This document shows, in pieces, positions 1-10,418 of a stretch of 59,207 bases of DNA. The position numbers and the translations under genes are program-made. The DNA is taken from positions 1-59,207 of the forward strand of contig JBGVOQ010000009.1 in assembly GCA_045126575.1 (NCBI GenBank). Reading direction: 5' to 3'. The notes below the pieces were generated by a model. The model made no database searches. It was not told the origin of the DNA and saw only the letters and a program-made list of their open reading frames with translations. How positions within the stretch are numbered: position 1 is the stretch's first letter; each line of letters begins with the position of its first letter. The stretch is from Candidatus Onthoplasma sp. (lineage in GTDB: Bacteria > Bacillota > Clostridia > Christensenellales > UBA1242).

Positions 1-18
1 ACTTAAGAACAATCAACC

Positions 19-137
19 AGGGTGGTGATGATAGCTGTGAGGACCCACTTGTACCCATATCGAACACAAAAGTTAAGCTCACAAACGCCGACAATATTGC
101 ATGGGAGACTGTGTGAGAAGATAGGAAGTTGCCATCT
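19..137 (+). rRNA. rrf: 5S rRNA (the first few bases of the window may be the 23S 3' end)
   Basis: Hallmark 5S segments CCCAT-x-CGAACAC-x-AAGTTAAGC and GCCGA...GTGAGA..TAGG; terminal helix GGGTGGTGAT pairs with GTTGCCATC; followed by a terminator. Confidence 0.93.
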
Positions 138-144
138 ACAAACG

Positions 145-178
145 AAAAAAGTCCTAGTGAAAACTAGGATTTTTTTTT
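145..178 (+). terminator. Intrinsic terminator of the rRNA operon
   Basis: AAAAAAGTCCTAG-TGAAAA-CTAGGATTTTTTTTT hairpin with T-tract. Confidence 0.85.
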
Positions 179-180
179 GT

Positions 181-358
181 ACTCTTAACTCTTAACTTTT
201 CACTTTTCGTTCTTCACTATAACTCTTTTTCGAAGTGAAGAACTAAGAATGAAGAGTGAAGAATTGAGGTAGGATTATATTGATTTTTAATGAAGAGTTC
301 ACTACGTTCACATGAAGGTGTGAAGACGCTAGGCTTATGAAGTGTGCTGTCGCACATT
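181..358. repeat. Heptamer-repeat inverted hairpin followed by REP-like mini-hairpins
   Basis: Left arm CTCTTAA CTCTTAA CTTTTCA CTTTTCG TTCTTCA; right arm TGAAGAA CTAAGAA TGAAGAG TGAAGAA; then TGAAG-led short stems such as TGTGC-TGTC-GCACA. Confidence 0.55.
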
Positions 359-432
359 GTGGTTATATTAATTCTTTTTTGTTAATGAAGAATGATTAAT
401 TGTGGTATGATTATGTTTTTTTATTTCACATA

Positions 433-461
433 TTGACAATGTCTAGCTCACATGATATACT
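433..461 (+). promoter_or_regulatory. SigA-type promoter of orphan ORF
   Basis: TTGACA-N17-TATACT with TG extension. Confidence 0.75.
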
Positions 462-487
462 AAAAGTGTATTTAAGGGAGATTGTTT

Positions 488-1027
488 ATGGGAAAGAGAG
501 ATCACGAAACAAAAAAATTAACAAGAAAAGATGTATTTGTTTATGCGGAAATTATGGATGAGCCCACAATAAGAGAAGATAAGGACTATATTATAGCTGG
601 TTGTTATAATGAGGATAAAACCAAGTTTAAGAATATTATAACGGGCGAAATATATGATTGTGATAAAGCTAAGTTGAATTTAGATAAACTAAATATAGCA
701 GGAAGAGATTTTTCAATAATAATAAATGCGGGAATAGGTATGCCGGGTATGTTGGATATATATTTTACCCAACGATTAACAACAAGGGAAAAAGGAGAAC
801 TTGATTGGTTTAGATTTTCTTATATTATAGAAAACCCATTATTAGGAGATAAAGATTGGGTGGTGAAACACTTAAGTATGAAAGCAATTCACGAGTTTTT
901 TATAAATGCCAAGGATGACGATGAGGTTAAATTATCTGATGTAAGAAAAATGATAAACATATTTAATAAATTATCACATAAACGATTGATTAAAGAGCTA
1001 AAAGATAGACAAGAACGTAAATTATAA
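488..1027 (+). CDS. Hypothetical (orphan) protein, ~179 aa
   Basis: ORF with RBS AAGGGAG before ATG 488, own promoter and terminator (1033-1060); no recognisable family. Confidence 0.75.
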   Translation: MGKRDHETKKLTRKDVFVYAEIMDEPTIREDKDYIIAGCYNEDKTKFKNIITGEIYDCDKAKLNLDKLNIAGRDFSIIINAGIGMPGMLDIYFTQRLTTREKGELDWFRFSYIIENPLLGDKDWVVKHLSMKAIHEFFINAKDDDEVKLSDVRKMINIFNKLSHKRLIKELKDRQERKL

Positions 1028-1158
1028 TAAAATAATCTACCTTAATTGGTAGATTTTTTATGTTCAATTCCAGCGTGGTAAGTGTGGATTGCATTGAGTT
1101 TACGTCGATGTGGAAACAACATTGGGAATATGTGATTCAAAATATTTTTATAAAGATA

Positions 1159-1187
1159 TTGACAGTGGACTAATACTGTGCTACACT
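1159..1187 (+). promoter_or_regulatory. SigA-type promoter
   Basis: TTGACA-N17-TACACT with TG extension. Confidence 0.65.
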
Positions 1188-1209
1188 TTGATTATGTTTA
1201 AAGGAGATT

Positions 1210-1380
1210 ATAGAAGCAAATCAACCTAAGAGAGTCGAGGAAATTTGTGGAGCTTGCCTTGATTTTGATAGTAAAGAAACCAAAGAGATAAAACAAACTA
1301 TTTACGAGGGTGAAGCTAAATATGCAATGGTCTTGGCGCAATTGGACAAGGTTGTTGATGAAGATGCTAAAAATATATAG
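1210..1380 (+). pseudogene. 56-codon ORF starting at ATA (start-codon-lost pseudogene or small protein)
   Basis: Promoter, RBS AAGGAG, then ATA GAA GCA...ATA TAG open frame, then terminator AAAAGCTATGC-GTAAA-GCATGGCTTTTTT at 1391-1419. Confidence 0.5.
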
Positions 1381-1465
1381 ATAAGTTTAGAAAAGCTATG
1401 CGTAAAGCATGGCTTTTTTATATGGGCAAAGAAAAAAAGTCACCAAATAAAAGGTGACTTGTATG

Positions 1466-2044
1466 TTATTTTTGTAATCCCATATTCTCATTCTTATCCA
1501 AGTGGAGAGTTTTTCTTATTTCAAAGGCGCTATCAAATACTTTTGATACTTCTGTTTGAAGTGCCTTAACTGGTATTGAAGCCCCTCTATATTCTGGACA
1601 TTTGTCATAAAAGTTGTCAATAGTAGTTTGTAGAGTTGCGCGTAATTTATCTATATCAATAACTTGTTGATCTTTTGTTACTAGGTGTAGGGATTGAGAT
1701 AAGGTTTTTCTAATATTTGATATAAGTCTATTCGTGTAGGAAGATTCGTCACGATTTACTTCAGGATTGTTTGAATCTGAAATCTTTAAAAATTCTAATG
1801 CATAACCAATGTCGTTAGATGACCTTATAACATCTACAAGCATGGTGTAAACAGCCATATTGCACAACTCGTTAGTCATTGGTCGGCTTAGCATTTTTAC
1901 GCCATATGTGTTATTTGCTAAATTTTGTAAGCTTTTTTTAACGGAGTCAGTAGCTCCGTATTTAACTGTTGCCGACTCGATTTGTTTCCAATAATAATCA
2001 TATAATTCAGCAGTGTTAGGGGTTGTGATATAATCTTTATTCAT
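1466..2044 (-). CDS. Hypothetical (orphan) alpha-helical protein, 192 aa
   Basis: RBS AAGGAG, upstream TGC-TATAAT, downstream terminator at 1432-1460; no recognisable family. Confidence 0.75.
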   Translation of the reverse strand: MNKDYITTPNTAELYDYYWKQIESATVKYGATDSVKKSLQNLANNTYGVKMLSRPMTNELCNMAVYTMLVDVIRSSNDIGYALEFLKISDSNNPEVNRDESSYTNRLISNIRKTLSQSLHLVTKDQQVIDIDKLRATLQTTIDNFYDKCPEYRGASIPVKALQTEVSKVFDSAFEIRKTLHLDKNENMGLQK

Positions 2045-2249
2045 AACAATCTCCTTATTTGTTACCGCTATTATAGCACAGTTAAGTTGATTTGTAAATA
2101 CCTATTTTGAAAAAAATGCAAATTTGTGGTGCGGGACAAGGGATTTTAAGGTTTTTAGGTTTAAATTACAAGTTAAATTCGTTAAATATGGAAGCGAAAA
2201 GTCAAGATAAAAAATTTGTCAAATTTCTATAAATATTTTCAAAAAAGGG

Positions 2250-2278
2250 TTGACAAAAGGTGGTAAGTATGGTAGAAT
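2250..2278 (+). promoter_or_regulatory. S10 operon promoter
   Basis: TTGACA-N17-TAGAAT with TG extension. Confidence 0.8.
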
Positions 2279-2284
2279 AAAGTG

Positions 2285-2500
2285 CTATTTGAGTGGATTG
2301 ACGCACAAGGTTGCATACACTAGCAAGCAGATGTATGGGAATTTGTGCAGACCATAAGCACTTGATGTGCGGCCAGCCAAAAGCATTTTATTTTTGGAAA
2401 ATAGCACTTTACACACGGATACGTGTAACCGCTGTTAAACTTATAGTTTAAGGTGTGAGCGTAGGTGGTAGGGTAAATGGTTATTAAGTTGGACTAGGAG
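2285..2500 (+). ncRNA. Structured rpsJ (S10) operon leader RNA, putative r-protein autoregulatory element
   Basis: GC-richer ~225-nt 5' UTR containing AGGTTGC-ATACA...TGTAT-GGGAATT, resembling Firmicute S10 leaders (recognised from memory). Confidence 0.55.
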
Positions 2501-2510
2501 GAGAAATTAA

Positions 2511-2819
2511 ATGTCAACTAAAAAAATAAGAATTAAGTTAAAATCTTATGACCACAGTTTGTTGGACCAAGTGGTAGCTAACATTGTCGATATGGCTACC
2601 AAGTCTGGATGTAAAATTTCTGGACCAATTCCACTTCCTACTGATAGAGAAGTGGTAACAATTATTCGTGCACCGCACAAATACAAAGATTCTAGAGAAC
2701 AATTTGAATCTAGAACACACAAAAGAATGATTGATGTATACGCACCAAATGCTAAGGCAGTAGATACATTGTTAAAGATGAACTTGCCAGCTGGTGTAGG
2801 CATCGACGTAGAATTATAG
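2511..2819 (+). CDS. rpsJ: 30S ribosomal protein S10
   Basis: KIRIKLKSYDH, GPIPLPT, PHKYKDSREQFE motifs. Confidence 0.99.
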   Translation: MSTKKIRIKLKSYDHSLLDQVVANIVDMATKSGCKISGPIPLPTDREVVTIIRAPHKYKDSREQFESRTHKRMIDVYAPNAKAVDTLLKMNLPAGVGIDVEL

Positions 2820-2828
2820 GAGGCCGTT

Positions 2829-3461
2829 GTGAAAAAAGCGATTTTAGGTAAAAAACTTGGAATGAGTCAAGTATTTGCTAATGATGGTTCAGTTATACCT
2901 GTAACTATTATCGAAGCAGGTCCTTGTTATGTTACTCAAGTTAAAAACAAAGAAACCGATGGTTACGAAGCCGTTCAAATGGCTTTCGGTGAAATTAAGG
3001 CTAAAAATGTTAACAAGTGCCAAACTGGTGCTTACAAGAAAGCTGGCGTTGAACCAAAACGTATGATGAAAGAATTTAAGCTTGACAATAGTTCAGAATT
3101 TGCTCTAGGTCAAGAAATTAAATGTGATGTGTTTGCTGAAGGCGACAAGGTAGACGTTTCTGGCGTAAGTAAGGGTCACGGATTTAGTGGCGTTATCAAA
3201 CGTTGGAATGCTCATCGTCTAAAGATGACTCACGGTACTGGACCTGTTCATAGAGAAGTTGGTTCAATGGGTGCTAACTCAACACCAAGCAGAGTATTTA
3301 AAAACAAAAAGATGCCTGGACATTATGGTCACGAAAATGTTACAGTTCAAAACTTAAGCGTTGTTCGTGTTGATGCTGAAAGAAACTTGTTATTCGTAAA
3401 GGGTGCAGTTCCTGGACCAAACAATAGCATAGTTGTAGTTAAAGCATCTGTGAAGGCGTAA
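2829..3461 (+). CDS. rplC: 50S ribosomal protein L3
   Basis: [23 protein letters not shown]; operon order. Confidence 0.99.
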   Translation: MKKAILGKKLGMSQVFANDGSVIPVTIIEAGPCYVTQVKNKETDGYEAVQMAFGEIKAKNVNKCQTGAYKKAGVEPKRMMKEFKLDNSSEFALGQEIKCDVFAEGDKVDVSGVSKGHGFSGVIKRWNAHRLKMTHGTGPVHREVGSMGANSTPSRVFKNKKMPGHYGHENVTVQNLSVVRVDAERNLLFVKGAVPGPNNSIVVVKASVKA

Positions 3462-3475
3462 AGGAGAGATAAACT

Positions 3476-4099
3476 ATGGCAAAACTTACAGTATATAATA
3501 TGAATAAAGATGCCGTTGGCGATATCGAACTAAACGATAGCGTGTTTGGAGCAAGTTATAATGAATCACTTATTCATCAAGTAGTTGTAGCTATGCACAA
3601 CAATGCTCGTCAAGGCACAAAGTCAACATTGACAAGAAGTGAAGTTAGAGGTCATGCTAAAAAACCTTGGAGACAAAAAGGTACTGGTCGTGCTAGACAC
3701 GGTTCAAGTAAAGGTCCTCAATGGGTTGGCGGTGGCGTAGTATTCGCACCAAAGCCTCGTGACTTTAGTCAAAAAATTAACAAGAAAATGAGAGATGCAG
3801 CATTTGCTAGCGCTTTCAGTCAAAAGATTGCTCAAAACGAAGTTACAGTTCTTGATAAGATTGAACTTAAGGAGCAAAAAACTAAAGAAGTTGCTACAAT
3901 GTTAAATAAGTTTGGTATCGACAAACGTGTTATCATTGTTACAGCTGAAAACGACCCAACAGTTTTAAGATGTGCTAACAATATCGAAAAGGTAACGGTA
4001 GCTGAAGTTAACCTACTAAACGTTTGTGATGTTGTTGAAAATAAAAACATTATTATCACTGTTGATGCTATTAAGAAAATAGAGGAGGCTTATGTATAA
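3476..4099 (+). CDS. rplD: 50S ribosomal protein L4
   Basis: KPWRQKGTGRARHGS. Confidence 0.99.
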   Translation: MAKLTVYNMNKDAVGDIELNDSVFGASYNESLIHQVVVAMHNNARQGTKSTLTRSEVRGHAKKPWRQKGTGRARHGSSKGPQWVGGGVVFAPKPRDFSQKINKKMRDAAFASAFSQKIAQNEVTVLDKIELKEQKTKEVATMLNKFGIDKRVIIVTAENDPTVLRCANNIEKVTVAEVNLLNVCDVVENKNIIITVDAIKKIEEAYV

Positions 4100-4403
4100 T
4101 ATGACAGCACACGATATTATTTTAAAACCTGTGTTGACTGAAAAATCTTATGCAGGTATTCCTAACAAAGTTTATACTTTTGTAGTGGCAAAAGATGCAA
4201 ACAAAATTCAAATCCGCAACGCAGTTGAAGAATTATTTGAAGTTAAGGTTGCAAAAGTTAATACATTAAATTGTAAAGGCAAAATCAGAACAAGAAATAC
4301 TAAGAGTGGCGTTACTACAGGTAGTACAGGTGACTACAAAAAGGCTATCGTTTACCTAACTGACGACTCTAAGAGCATTCAGTTCTTTGATAGCTTGTCA
4401 TAA
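4092..4403 (+). CDS. rplW: 50S ribosomal protein L23
   Basis: [28 protein letters not shown]; start may be 4101. Confidence 0.98.
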   Translation: MYNMTAHDIILKPVLTEKSYAGIPNKVYTFVVAKDANKIQIRNAVEELFEVKVAKVNTLNCKGKIRTRNTKSGVTTGSTGDYKKAIVYLTDDSKSIQFFDSLS

Positions 4404-4420
4404 TTAAAGGAGAACGGAAA

Positions 4421-5254
4421 ATGGCTATAAATAAGAGAAAATCCATAACTAATGGTTCAAGAGGTTATTCTTCTGCATCTTTTGAAGAAATTACAAAGGG
4501 TGCTAAAGCTCCTAAGAGCTTGCTTGCAACTAAAAGCAAGACTGGCGGAAGAAGCCATGGTAAAATTTCTGTAAGACATATCGGTGGTGGTAATCGTCAA
4601 AAATACAGAATTATTGATTGGAAGAGAAATAAAGATGGCGTTGTAGCTACAGTAGATAGCATTCAATACGACCCAAACAGAACAGCATACATTGCATTGG
4701 TAGTATATGCTGATGGTGAAAAGAGATTTATTCTTGCTCCAGAAGGTTTAAAGGTTGGAGATAAGGTTATGTCTGGTGCAAATGCTGAAATTTCAGTAGG
4801 TAATGCACTTCCACTAAGTGAAATCCCTCTAGGTGCTAGAATTCATAATATTGAAATGACTCCTGGTAAGGGTGGACAAATTGTTCGTAGTGCTGGTATG
4901 TCAGCACAATTGATGGCAAAGGAAGGAAATTATGTAACTCTTCGTTTACCATCAGGTGAAATGAGAAAAGTTTTGGCTAAGTGCCGTGCTACAATTGGTG
5001 AAGTTGGTAATGGCGAACACGAAATCATTTCATTGGGTAAAGCAGGACGTAAGCGTAATATGGGCGTTAGACCTTCAGTTCGTGGTTCAGTTATGAACCC
5101 AGTAGATCACCCACACGGTGGTGGTGAAGGTAAATCACCAGTTGGTCACGCGGGTCCACTTACTCCTTGGGGTAAACCAGCTCTTGGTTACAAGACTAGA
5201 AAACATAAAAAGGCTTCTGACAAGCTTATTGTCAAGAGAGCTAAATCAAAGTAG
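4421..5254 (+). CDS. rplB: 50S ribosomal protein L2
   Basis: [20 protein letters not shown]. Confidence 0.99.
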   Translation: MAINKRKSITNGSRGYSSASFEEITKGAKAPKSLLATKSKTGGRSHGKISVRHIGGGNRQKYRIIDWKRNKDGVVATVDSIQYDPNRTAYIALVVYADGEKRFILAPEGLKVGDKVMSGANAEISVGNALPLSEIPLGARIHNIEMTPGKGGQIVRSAGMSAQLMAKEGNYVTLRLPSGEMRKVLAKCRATIGEVGNGEHEIISLGKAGRKRNMGVRPSVRGSVMNPVDHPHGGGEGKSPVGHAGPLTPWGKPALGYKTRKHKKASDKLIVKRAKSK

Positions 5255-5265
5255 GAGTTTGAGAT

Positions 5266-5556
5266 ATGAGTAGATCATTGAAAAAAGAACCTTTCGTTGA
5301 TGCAAAGCTTATGGCTAGAATCAATGAAATGAATGAAAAGAACGAAAAGAAAGTTGTAAGAACTTGGTCACGTGCTAGCACAATTTATCCTGAATTTGTA
5401 GGTCACACAATCGCAGTTCACAATGGCAGAAAGCATATTCCAGTATATTGTACTGTTGATATGATTGGTCATAAGCTTGGTGAATTTGCTCCTACAAGAA
5501 CTTTCAAGGGATTTAAGGCTGATAGCAATGCATCTAAGGGCGGAAAGAAGAGATAA
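5266..5556 (+). CDS. rpsS: 30S ribosomal protein S19
   Basis: [19 protein letters not shown]. Confidence 0.99.
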   Translation: MSRSLKKEPFVDAKLMARINEMNEKNEKKVVRTWSRASTIYPEFVGHTIAVHNGRKHIPVYCTVDMIGHKLGEFAPTRTFKGFKADSNASKGGKKR

Positions 5557-5566
5557 GGAGTAAACT

Positions 5567-5953
5567 ATGGCAAAAAGAATTAGAGAAAAAACAGCAAAAA
5601 TTAGAGAAAATGCTGATAACAGACCAAAAGCATCTGTAAAATATGTTCGTGTTAGCCCTAGTAAAGTTGGTATCGTTTTAGATACAATTCGTGGAAAGGC
5701 TTATGATGATGCTGTGGGTATTTTGATGGCTATACCTAACAAGTCTGCTGAAGTTGTTTTGAAACTTATCAATTCAGCTGCAGCTAATGCTGAAAACAAT
5801 AAAGGTATGAACAAGCACGATTTGTACGTTGCTGAAATCGCTGTTACTCAAGGTCCAACTTTGAAGCGCAGTATCGCACGTGGTAAAGGTAGTGCTAACA
5901 GAATTTTGAAAAGAACTAGTCACATAAATGTTGTACTAGACGTAAAGGAGTAG
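5567..5953 (+). CDS. rplV: 50S ribosomal protein L22 (N-terminally extended)
   Basis: SAAANAENN, GPTLKR, ILKRTSHI. Confidence 0.99.
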   Translation: MAKRIREKTAKIRENADNRPKASVKYVRVSPSKVGIVLDTIRGKAYDDAVGILMAIPNKSAEVVLKLINSAAANAENNKGMNKHDLYVAEIAVTQGPTLKRSIARGKGSANRILKRTSHINVVLDVKE

Positions 5954-5956
5954 ACT

Positions 5957-6622
5957 ATGGGACAAAAAGTTAATCCTAATGGAATGAGAATAGGTATTAA
6001 TAAAGCTTGGAATTCTTTCTGGATTGCAGACAAAAAAGATATGGCTAAGTTTATTAAGGAAGACGACACTATTCGTAAATACATTCTTAAAAATTACAAA
6101 AGCGCTGGTATCTCAAGTGTTAAGATTGAAAGAGGTGGCGATAGCGTTACTATCACAATCGAAACAGGTAAACCAGGTGTGCTTATTGGACAAAAGGGCG
6201 CAGGCGTTGAAGCTTTAAGAAAAACTCTTGAAAAAATGTCTAGTGCTAAGCGTGTAAACGTAAATATTAAAGAAGTTAAAAATGTTGACCTTGATGCTAA
6301 GTTAGTAGCAGAAAGCATTGCATTACAACTTGAAAAACGTGCTCAATTTAGACGTGTTATGAAAGCTGCTATGCAAAGAACTATGCGTGCTGGTGCTATT
6401 GGTATTAAAACTATGGTTAGCGGACGTCTTGATGGTGCTGAAATCGCTCGTAGCGAACACTACCATGAAGGTTCACTTCCTCTACAAACTTTAAGAGCTG
6501 ACATTGATTATGCTCACGTTGAAGCTAACACAACTTTTGGTGTTATCGGCGTAAAAGTTTGGATTTACAAGGGAGATATCATAGGAAAAGTATCTATGGC
6601 TGACAAGAAAGGAGAAAACTAA
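5957..6622 (+). CDS. rpsC: 30S ribosomal protein S3
   Basis: [26 protein letters not shown]. Confidence 0.99.
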   Translation: MGQKVNPNGMRIGINKAWNSFWIADKKDMAKFIKEDDTIRKYILKNYKSAGISSVKIERGGDSVTITIETGKPGVLIGQKGAGVEALRKTLEKMSSAKRVNVNIKEVKNVDLDAKLVAESIALQLEKRAQFRRVMKAAMQRTMRAGAIGIKTMVSGRLDGAEIARSEHYHEGSLPLQTLRADIDYAHVEANTTFGVIGVKVWIYKGDIIGKVSMADKKGEN

Positions 6623-6623
6623 T

Positions 6624-7064
6624 ATGTTAATGCCTAAGAGAGTTAAAAGAAGAAAACAATTTAGAGGTCGTATGAAAGGCCGTGCTCACAGAGGTAACTT
6701 TGTAGCTTACGGTGATTACGGTCTTATGGCTACAGAACCAGGTTGGATTACAGGTAATCAAATCGAAGCAGCCCGTGTAGCAATGAACAGATATATGAGA
6801 CGTGGTGGTAAAGTTTGGATTAAGATTTTCCCAGACAAGTCAGTTTCTAAGAAGCCTGCTGATACACGTATGGGTAGCGGTAAAGGTGCTCCTGACCACT
6901 TCGTAGCAGTTGTAAAACCTGATAGAGTTTTATTTGAAATTTCTGGACCTAGTGAAGAAATTTGTATGGAAGCTTTAAGACTTGCTTCTCACAAACTTTC
7001 AGTTAAAACTAAGGTTGTAAGAAAAGAAACACTAGTTGAAGGCGGTGAAAGTGATGAAAAATAA
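6624..7064 (+). CDS. rplP: 50S ribosomal protein L16
   Basis: [15 protein letters not shown]. Confidence 0.99.
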   Translation: MLMPKRVKRRKQFRGRMKGRAHRGNFVAYGDYGLMATEPGWITGNQIEAARVAMNRYMRRGGKVWIKIFPDKSVSKKPADTRMGSGKGAPDHFVAVVKPDRVLFEISGPSEEICMEALRLASHKLSVKTKVVRKETLVEGGESDEK

Positions 7065-7251
7065 TTATAGAGAAATGACCTTAAGCGAATTAAAGGTTGA
7101 AGAAGGTAAGTTGAAACAAGAATTATTTAACCTTACTTTCCAAAACAGCGTTGGTCAATTAAAGGATACTGCATCTATTAAAACTGTTAGAAAAAACATA
7201 GCTAGAGTAAAAACTGCAATTCGTGAGAAAGCAGAAGGTGCAAAGGAGTAG
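7054..7251 (+). CDS. rpmC: 50S ribosomal protein L29
   Basis: [21 protein letters not shown]; start moved to ATG 7054 behind RBS GGCGGTG. Confidence 0.97.
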   Translation: MKNNYREMTLSELKVEEGKLKQELFNLTFQNSVGQLKDTASIKTVRKNIARVKTAIREKAEGAKE

Positions 7252-7254
7252 TAT

Positions 7255-7518
7255 ATGGAAAATGAAAAGAAAGTTAGCCAAAAATCAGTTGTTGGTATCG
7301 TAGTTAGCGATAAGATGGATAAAACAGTTGTTGTTTTGGTTTCAATGAAGAAAAAGCATCCAATTTATGGAAAATATATCACTTATACTAAAAAATACAA
7401 AGCACATGATGAAAAGAATGAATGCAAGGTTGGCGACACAGTTCGTATTGTTGAAACCCGTCCACTAAGCAAGGATAAATACTTCCGCGTTCAAGAAATC
7501 ATAGAGCGTGCTAAGTAG
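7255..7518 (+). CDS. rpsQ: 30S ribosomal protein S17
   Basis: [19 protein letters not shown]. Confidence 0.99.
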   Translation: MENEKKVSQKSVVGIVVSDKMDKTVVVLVSMKKKHPIYGKYITYTKKYKAHDEKNECKVGDTVRIVETRPLSKDKYFRVQEIIERAK

Positions 7519-7528
7519 GAGGTAATAT

Positions 7529-7897
7529 ATGGTACATGAAGAAAGTAGATTAGTAGTTGCTGATAACACTGGTGCTAAGATTATTAAGTGCATTAGATGT
7601 ATTGGTGGCTCTCACAAAAAGAGTGCTGGCATTGGCGATATTATTGTTGCTTCTGTTCAAAAAGCTGATCCAAATGGTAAGGTTAAGAAAGGTGACGTTG
7701 TTACAGCGGTTATCGTTAGAACAAAATATCCTATTCAACGTGCTGACGGAACATCAATTAGATTTGACCAAAACGCTGCCGTTATTATTGATAAGGCTAA
7801 AGCGCCTAAGGGTACAAGAATATTTGGACCTATTGCAAGAGAACTTCGTGCAGGTGGATTTAATACAATTATCTCACTAGCACCAGAAGTTTTATAA
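7529..7897 (+). CDS. rplN: 50S ribosomal protein L14
   Basis: [27 protein letters not shown]. Confidence 0.99.
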   Translation: MVHEESRLVVADNTGAKIIKCIRCIGGSHKKSAGIGDIIVASVQKADPNGKVKKGDVVTAVIVRTKYPIQRADGTSIRFDQNAAVIIDKAKAPKGTRIFGPIARELRAGGFNTIISLAPEVL

Positions 7898-7907
7898 AGG
7901 AGACGTT

Positions 7908-8291
7908 ATGAGTAAATTACACGTTAAGAAAGGTGATAAAGTTCTAGTTATTGCTGGTAAAGATAAGGGCAAAACTGGTGAAGTTTTGGCTACAAATTGC
8001 GCTAAGAGCACAGTAGTAGTTAGTGGTGTTAATATCCAAACTCATCACAATAAGCCAAAGTCTCGTGAAGACAAGGGCGGAATTGTTAAGAGCGAAGGAC
8101 CTATCCACTCATCTAATGTTCAATTAGTATGTCCTACATGTGGCAAGCCTACTAGAATCGCACATAAAACAGTTGATGGCAAGTCAGTTCGTGTTTGTAA
8201 AAACAGTGGCTGTGATGCCGTTATTGATAAGGTAGCTAGTCCTAAGAAAGCTAGCAAAAAAACTGCTGATAAAACCAGCAAGGCAAATTAA
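7908..8291 (+). CDS. rplX: 50S ribosomal protein L24
   Basis: [18 protein letters not shown]. Confidence 0.99.
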   Translation: MSKLHVKKGDKVLVIAGKDKGKTGEVLATNCAKSTVVVSGVNIQTHHNKPKSREDKGGIVKSEGPIHSSNVQLVCPTCGKPTRIAHKTVDGKSVRVCKNSGCDAVIDKVASPKKASKKTADKTSKAN

Positions 8292-8302
8292 GGAGTAGAC
8301 GT

Positions 8303-8863
8303 ATGGAAAAACAAATTAATAGACGTCATGCACACTACAACGACGCAGTTAAGCCAGCTTTGAAAGAAAAGTTCGGTTATGCTAACGTTATGGAAATTCC
8401 TCGTCTTGACAAAATTGTATTGAGCTTGCGTTTGGGTAAGGAAAAAGACAACTCAAAGAGCTTTAACATTGCAGTAGATGAATTAAGTGCAATTGCTGGA
8501 CAAAAGGCAATCGTAACTTATGCTAAAAAGTCTGTTGCTAACTTCAAGTTAAGACAAGGTCAAAAAATTGGTGCAAAAGTTACACTAAGAGGCGAAAGAA
8601 TGTATGAATTCTTTGATAGATTAGTTTCTGTGGCTCTTCCTCGTGTGAGAGACTTCCAAGGTCTTGAAACAACATCTTTTGATGGCAAGGGTAACTACAG
8701 CTTTGGTATCAAGGAACAAATCATCTTCCCAGAAATTATTTATGATAAAATTGAAAAAGTTCGTGGCTTCGACATTATGTTTATTACAACAGCAAAAACA
8801 AATGAAGAAGCGTTGGCTTTATTAACAGAAATGGGCGTACCATTTAAAAAGGCAAGGAGATAG
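8303..8863 (+). CDS. rplE: 50S ribosomal protein L5
   Basis: [29 protein letters not shown]. Confidence 0.99.
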   Translation: MEKQINRRHAHYNDAVKPALKEKFGYANVMEIPRLDKIVLSLRLGKEKDNSKSFNIAVDELSAIAGQKAIVTYAKKSVANFKLRQGQKIGAKVTLRGERMYEFFDRLVSVALPRVRDFQGLETTSFDGKGNYSFGIKEQIIFPEIIYDKIEKVRGFDIMFITTAKTNEEALALLTEMGVPFKKARR

Positions 8864-8866
8864 AAT

Positions 8867-9052
8867 ATGGCAAAGAAAGCGATGATTAATAAACAACAAC
8901 GTCCTCAAAAGTATGCTACTCGTGAGTATACACGTTGTTCAATTTGTGGAAGACCACACGCCGTATTAAAGAAATACGGAATTTGCAGAATATGTTTTAG
9001 AAACTTGGCTTATAAGGGTGAACTCCCAGGCGTTAAGAAGTCGAGCTGGTAA
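8867..9052 (+). CDS. rpsZ: 30S ribosomal protein S14, zinc-binding type
   Basis: 61 aa with CxxC...[15 protein letters not shown]. Confidence 0.98.
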   Translation: MAKKAMINKQQRPQKYATREYTRCSICGRPHAVLKKYGICRICFRNLAYKGELPGVKKSSW

Positions 9053-9065
9053 AAGGAGAAAAGTT

Positions 9066-9464
9066 ATGATAATTATTGATCCAATAGCAGATATGCTTAC
9101 TAGAATTCGTAATGCTAATACTAGAAAGCACGAAACTGTTAACATCCCAAGTTCTAAAAATAAATTGGCAATTGCTAAAATTCTTTTAGAAGAAGGTTAC
9201 ATCACATCATATAGCGAACAAACTATTGATGGTATTAGTCACATTGTTGTTGTATTAAAGTATGGTCCTAATGGCGAAAAGGTTATCCAAGGATTAAAGA
9301 GAATTTCTCGTCCTGGTTTAAGACAATACGCTAACGTTGAACAACTTCCAAAAGTTCTTAACGGCTTAGGAATTGCTATTATGTCAACTAACAAGGGTAT
9401 TATGACTGATAAGAAAGCAAGAAAGGCAGGCGTTGGCGGTGAAGTGCTAGCGTACGTATGGTAG
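9066..9464 (+). CDS. rpsH: 30S ribosomal protein S8
   Basis: [22 protein letters not shown]; start moved to ATG 9066 behind AAGGAG. Confidence 0.99.
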   Translation: MIIIDPIADMLTRIRNANTRKHETVNIPSSKNKLAIAKILLEEGYITSYSEQTIDGISHIVVVLKYGPNGEKVIQGLKRISRPGLRQYANVEQLPKVLNGLGIAIMSTNKGIMTDKKARKAGVGGEVLAYVW

Positions 9465-9473
9465 AGGTGAGTT

Positions 9474-10025
9474 ATGTCAAGAATAGGAAAATTACCAATT
9501 ACAATACCAGCTGGCGTTACTGTTAGTGTAGACGCTGAAAACGTTGTTACTGTATCAAGTAGCAAGGGAACACTAACTCAAAAGGTTAGTAAAATTATTA
9601 AAGTTAACGTAGAAAACAACCAAGTTATTGTTGAAAAATTAGCAGAAACAAACGAAGCAAATGCTATGCACGGTTTGTACAGAACACTTATTAACAATAT
9701 GGTAATTGGTGTTACTCAAGGCTTTAAAAAGTCTTTAACTGTTAATGGCGTAGGTTTCAAGGTTTCTAAACAAGGCAATAAACTTGTTATGAATCTTGGA
9801 TTATCACATCCAGTAGAAGTTGTGGAAGAAGATGGCGTTAAACTTTCTAACAACAACAACGAAATTATCGTTGAAGGTATTAGCAAGGAACGTGTTGGTG
9901 CTATGGCTTCAAAAATTAGAGCAATTAAACCTGTTGAACCATACCATGGTTATGGTATCCGTTACACAGATGAAAAAGTGTCTTTGAAGGAAGGTAAGTC
10001 TTCTGGTAAGGGCGGAAAGAAATAA
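9474..10025 (+). CDS. rplF: 50S ribosomal protein L6
   Basis: MSRIGKLPI, EPYHGYGIRY. Confidence 0.99.
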   Translation: MSRIGKLPITIPAGVTVSVDAENVVTVSSSKGTLTQKVSKIIKVNVENNQVIVEKLAETNEANAMHGLYRTLINNMVIGVTQGFKKSLTVNGVGFKVSKQGNKLVMNLGLSHPVEVVEEDGVKLSNNNNEIIVEGISKERVGAMASKIRAIKPVEPYHGYGIRYTDEKVSLKEGKSSGKGGKK

Positions 10026-10037
10026 GGAGAGTAAAGT

Positions 10038-10406
10038 ATGATTACAAAGAAAAATAAAAATCAAATTAGACAAGTTCGTCATACAAGACTTAGAAAAAAT
10101 CTAAGCGGAACTGCTAGTTGTCCTCGTTTGAATGTTTATAGAAGTTTGAAACATATTTATGCTCAAATTATCAATGATGAAAACGGAACAACACTAGTTA
10201 GTTGCAACACAAAGCAAAAGCAATATGCTGACACTTTGAAAAATATGACAAACAAAGAACAAGCTGCTTTCATTGGAAAGACAATTGGTGAATTGGCTGT
10301 TAAGGCTGGTATCAGTGAAGTTGTATTCGATAGAGGTGGTTACCTATACACAGGTAGAGTAAAAGAACTTGCAGACGGCGCTAGAAGTGCTGGTTTGAAG
10401 TTTTAG
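10038..10406 (+). CDS. rplR: 50S ribosomal protein L18
   Basis: [22 protein letters not shown]. Confidence 0.99.
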   Translation: MITKKNKNQIRQVRHTRLRKNLSGTASCPRLNVYRSLKHIYAQIINDENGTTLVSCNTKQKQYADTLKNMTNKEQAAFIGKTIGELAVKAGISEVVFDRGGYLYTGRVKELADGARSAGLKF

Positions 10407-10418
10407 GAGGAGACAAAT

